Assembly: GCA_045632945.1 (NCBI GenBank)
Contig: JAZQXU010000037.1
Location: forward strand, 95,369 to 159,368
Direction: 5' to 3'
Length of the DNA stretch: 64,000 nt
From: Faecalimonas sp.
GTDB taxonomy: Bacteria; Bacillota; Clostridia; Lachnospirales; Lachnospiraceae
Both the position numbers and the translations under genes were made by a program. Shown one piece after another: positions 61,397 to 64,000 of this stretch. Every line of letters starts with the position of its first letter. Within the stretch, counting starts at the first letter, position 1. A model generated the notes under the pieces. It searched no databases. It was not told where the DNA came from and was given only the letters and a program-made list of their open reading frames with translations.

Positions 61397-61469
61397 GGTA
61401 AATCACCTCACTGTTGATGTTTATATATCATAGCAAAAGCAAGGTGATTTGTAAAGTTTCATTGAGAGT

Positions 61470-63188
61470 TTACGGCAAACTCTCCTCCACACACAGCGCC
61501 CCATATCCTACCTGTGGATTTGGATATTCTGCAATACCTAAAAAAGGCCTCGCTCCTCTCTGAAAATACGCCTTTACCTTTTCGCCATAAAGATATGGAT
61601 CATTTCCTCTCACGATGCCCCACTCCATCATTAGGGCCGCGCTTCCTGTTGCAAATGGCGTTGCAAATGATGTTCCGCTTAGGTTTTCAAATGCTCCTCC
61701 CGGAACGGGTGCCAGAATATCCACTCCCGGCGCTACAATATCAGGTTTGGCACGCCTACCAGGTCCTGCAGGACCACGCCCGGAAAAATCTGCGTACGAA
61801 AATGTTGCAGCATCATATGCCCCCACACCAATAGTTCCATAAGAAGTAGAAGGAATCGTAAGTGTTCGTTCCTCTGTAGGAAACAAAAATCCGGTACCTT
61901 GGTTTAACACCGCTTGACTTGGAAGCCATAGAGCATATTCACCATTTACAATCTCTCGTGGCGTCAGTACAATTCTCCACGCACCGCTGTCAATATAAGT
62001 ATCTCTTGGCAGAAAATCAATGAAAATCTCTTGGTCAATGCTAAACGGACTCGGTTCTCCATAATACAACAGTATCTGTGTATTTCCTACTGTAAACCGC
62101 TCGGAACCAAGTTGTTCCTGAATCGGTCCAATTCTCACTCCGGAAGGGGAAATCAAAGAAACATCGACCAAATCAAAATATGCTTTCCAGATTTGTACAT
62201 TCACGGTTGGTTCGTTTTCCTGTATGGCAAGTTCAATTATCCTTTCCTCATCGTCCACTAATACCCCGGACGTATGCCCTGCACTGCTCCCCTCATTTCC
62301 GGTTCCAATACAGATGACGCTTTTCCATGTGTTTGCAATCTCTTCAATAAACCGTTCCAAAAGTCCGCTGCCATCATGCGGACCATACGTATTGCCAAAA
62401 CTTAAATTAATGGCTATTGGCATCTGAAACTCCAAAGCCTTTCTCACTACATAATCTAACGCCTGAATCAGTTCTGTCGTTCTTGGGAAACCACCCTCTC
62501 TTGGTGTTCCAAGCTTAACGATAAGTAGCTCGCTTTGAAAAGCCACACCTTGATAATCCGCAGAATTTCCTGCCGCAATTCCGGCAACCGACGTGCCGTG
62601 TCCGGAAAAATCCTGACTTGGAACTATCTGAAGTTGTTCTCGCCTTGTCGCCTTTAATAGAGCCTCGTTAATCTGTTCCTGCGTATATTCCGTTCCTATT
62701 ACATATCCTTGAGGCGGGTTACCCTGTATCGTTTGATCCCATAAACTACGAACTCTCGTAGTTCCGTCTGCATTTCGAAATACTTCATTTGCATAATCTA
62801 TACCCGAATCTATAATCGCCACAAGAACACCCTGTCCTGTCAAAGACAGAGGTGGAACTTGTACTGGCGGAATGCACGAAGCCCGTTTCCCATTTTCAAC
62901 CTGAAAAAAAAGTCGCTTGGGTTTCTCTACATAATCTACTGCAGAACATTGCGACATGACATCAATCAAGTTTTCTCTAATCGTGACAATCGCAAATTCA
63001 TTCTGCATTTCGACCACCCGTGCACCCAAAGCACGCACACAGTCAAGGGGACCTGAATACTTTATAATCAGGTCCCACTCCCTGTCTATTGGATTGTATC
63101 CCACGTTCAGTTCTGATGATTTATCTCGTTCCTCTTCTGTCGCATCTAGCGCAAGATTTAATAAGTTTTCTAATTTTTGGTTCTGCAT
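61470..63188 (-). CDS. S8 subtilisin-like protease, CspA-like germination protease family
   Basis: Intact triad IIDSGID / GHGT / GTSFATP; jelly-roll insert; WGIV.GNDPYLYG tail; no signal peptide. Confidence 0.88.
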   Translation of the reverse strand: MQNQKLENLLNLALDATEEERDKSSELNVGYNPIDREWDLIIKYSGPLDCVRALGARVVEMQNEFAIVTIRENLIDVMSQCSAVDYVEKPKRLFFQVENGKRASCIPPVQVPPLSLTGQGVLVAIIDSGIDYANEVFRNADGTTRVRSLWDQTIQGNPPQGYVIGTEYTQEQINEALLKATRREQLQIVPSQDFSGHGTSVAGIAAGNSADYQGVAFQSELLIVKLGTPREGGFPRTTELIQALDYVVRKALEFQMPIAINLSFGNTYGPHDGSGLLERFIEEIANTWKSVICIGTGNEGSSAGHTSGVLVDDEERIIELAIQENEPTVNVQIWKAYFDLVDVSLISPSGVRIGPIQEQLGSERFTVGNTQILLYYGEPSPFSIDQEIFIDFLPRDTYIDSGAWRIVLTPREIVNGEYALWLPSQAVLNQGTGFLFPTEERTLTIPSTSYGTIGVGAYDAATFSYADFSGRGPAGPGRRAKPDIVAPGVDILAPVPGGAFENLSGTSFATPFATGSAALMMEWGIVRGNDPYLYGEKVKAYFQRGARPFLGIAEYPNPQVGYGALCVEESLP

Positions 63189-63320
63189 AGACTCTCCCTG
63201 TAACTTGGCTTGTTATATTCTATTCGCAAATTTTCAAAATAAACTTCTCATGTGCGAAGTTGTAAATCCACATTTTCTATGATAAAATAACGTGGTAATT
63301 ACGATTAAGTGAGGTTCATT

Positions 63321-64000
63321 ATGAATAAAAAAGAAGTACTAGAAATCCGCAAACAATACACCCCTGAAAATTGTGCTGTTACGCGTATTTGCGGTTGTTA
63401 TGTAAATGGAAATAAAGAAATTGTGGCCACATCAAAAGATGCCTTTTTGTCTCTTCCGGAAGAAGAAATTTTTAAATATTTTACAATTTTCAAGCAAACT
63501 CTTTCCGGCACGATAGGGAAAAATTTAATAAACATGGAATTTCCTCTAGAGCAAGAAATGCCAGGTGGAGCGCAAGAATTTTTATTGCAACTACGTAACA
63601 GCAAATTGCAAAGTGACATGCTCATTGAACAGTTCTATGAAAAAATTATTGAAAATTATAATTATGGAGAGAATTATTACATAATCTTAATTCATGTAGC
63701 TTACGATATCCCGGGAAAATCCACAGATGGAAGCGAAATGTTTGATGCTTCTGATGAAGTTTACGAATATTTGCTCTGCAGTATCTGTCCGGTGCATCTT
63801 TCTGCAGAAGGATTATGCTATAATCCGGAAACCAATCATATTGAAAACCGCGTCCGCGATTGGCTAATTGAACCACCTGCAAAAGGATTCCTGTTCCCTG
63901 CTTTTAATGACCGCAGCACAGATATTCACAGTGTATTATATTTTTCTAAACAAGCGGAAGAACTTCAACCGGAGTTTATTGAAAATGCCCTTGGCTGCAC
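63321..64000 (+). CDS. DUF4317 family protein (runs off window edge)
   Basis: Read by hand: SD GAGG, MNKKEVLEIRKQYTPENCAVTRICGCYV..., YDIPGK, GFLFPAFNDR; open to the end. Confidence 0.85.
   Translation, partial: MNKKEVLEIRKQYTPENCAVTRICGCYVNGNKEIVATSKDAFLSLPEEEIFKYFTIFKQTLSGTIGKNLINMEFPLEQEMPGGAQEFLLQLRNSKLQSDMLIEQFYEKIIENYNYGENYYIILIHVAYDIPGKSTDGSEMFDASDEVYEYLLCSICPVHLSAEGLCYNPETNHIENRVRDWLIEPPAKGFLFPAFNDRSTDIHSVLYFSKQAEELQPEFIENALGC

Noticed and set aside
1-64000. CRISPR arrays, tRNA/rRNA genes, transposases, integrases, prophage genes
   Set aside because: No regularly spaced repeats, cloverleafs or matching ORFs seen by eye; very short or degenerate elements could have been missed

Overview
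A 64 kb stretch of mostly core chromosome from a low-GC, spore-forming Clostridia bacterium; gene content and order look Lachnospiraceae-like (inference). Housekeeping genes include hisC, hisA, secA-prfB-hom-apgM-lysC, dapAB, ssb, a class A PBP, uvrC-hprK-glcK, ftsH, clpB with a CIRCE operator, rarA, tcdA, ppaC, purF, ansA, coaBC/panT, xth, nrdR and cdd. I saw no rRNA, tRNA, CRISPR array, transposase or prophage. The best signals lie between genes and are missed by the ORF track. (1) At 4489-4856 is an apparently complete type I toxin-antitoxin locus: a 33-aa hydrophobic peptide, a convergent antisense promoter, a shared terminator and a 5'-3' fold-back. Its toxin promoter carries a Firmicutes LexA-type box between -35 and -10, making it a candidate TisB-like SOS toxin. 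(2) An acidic 29-aa uORF (MDDGDS...) overlaps a terminator upstream of a CorC/HlyC Mg2+ exporter gene. (3) A promoter-driven structured leader with a strong SD but no proper gene sits next to an inserted PIN-toxin pair, near where hpf/raiA would be expected. (4) A VTC-DUF4956-DUF4353 operon is preceded by 11-bp-periodic pho-box-like repeats. (5) A dockerin-bearing GH73 autolysin lies beside a membrane-anchored cohesin/cadherin-like protein. (6) There is also a PD-(D/E)xK-like protein with substituted catalytic residues and a PurF lacking Cys1. All family calls come from motif recognition by eye; no searches were run.
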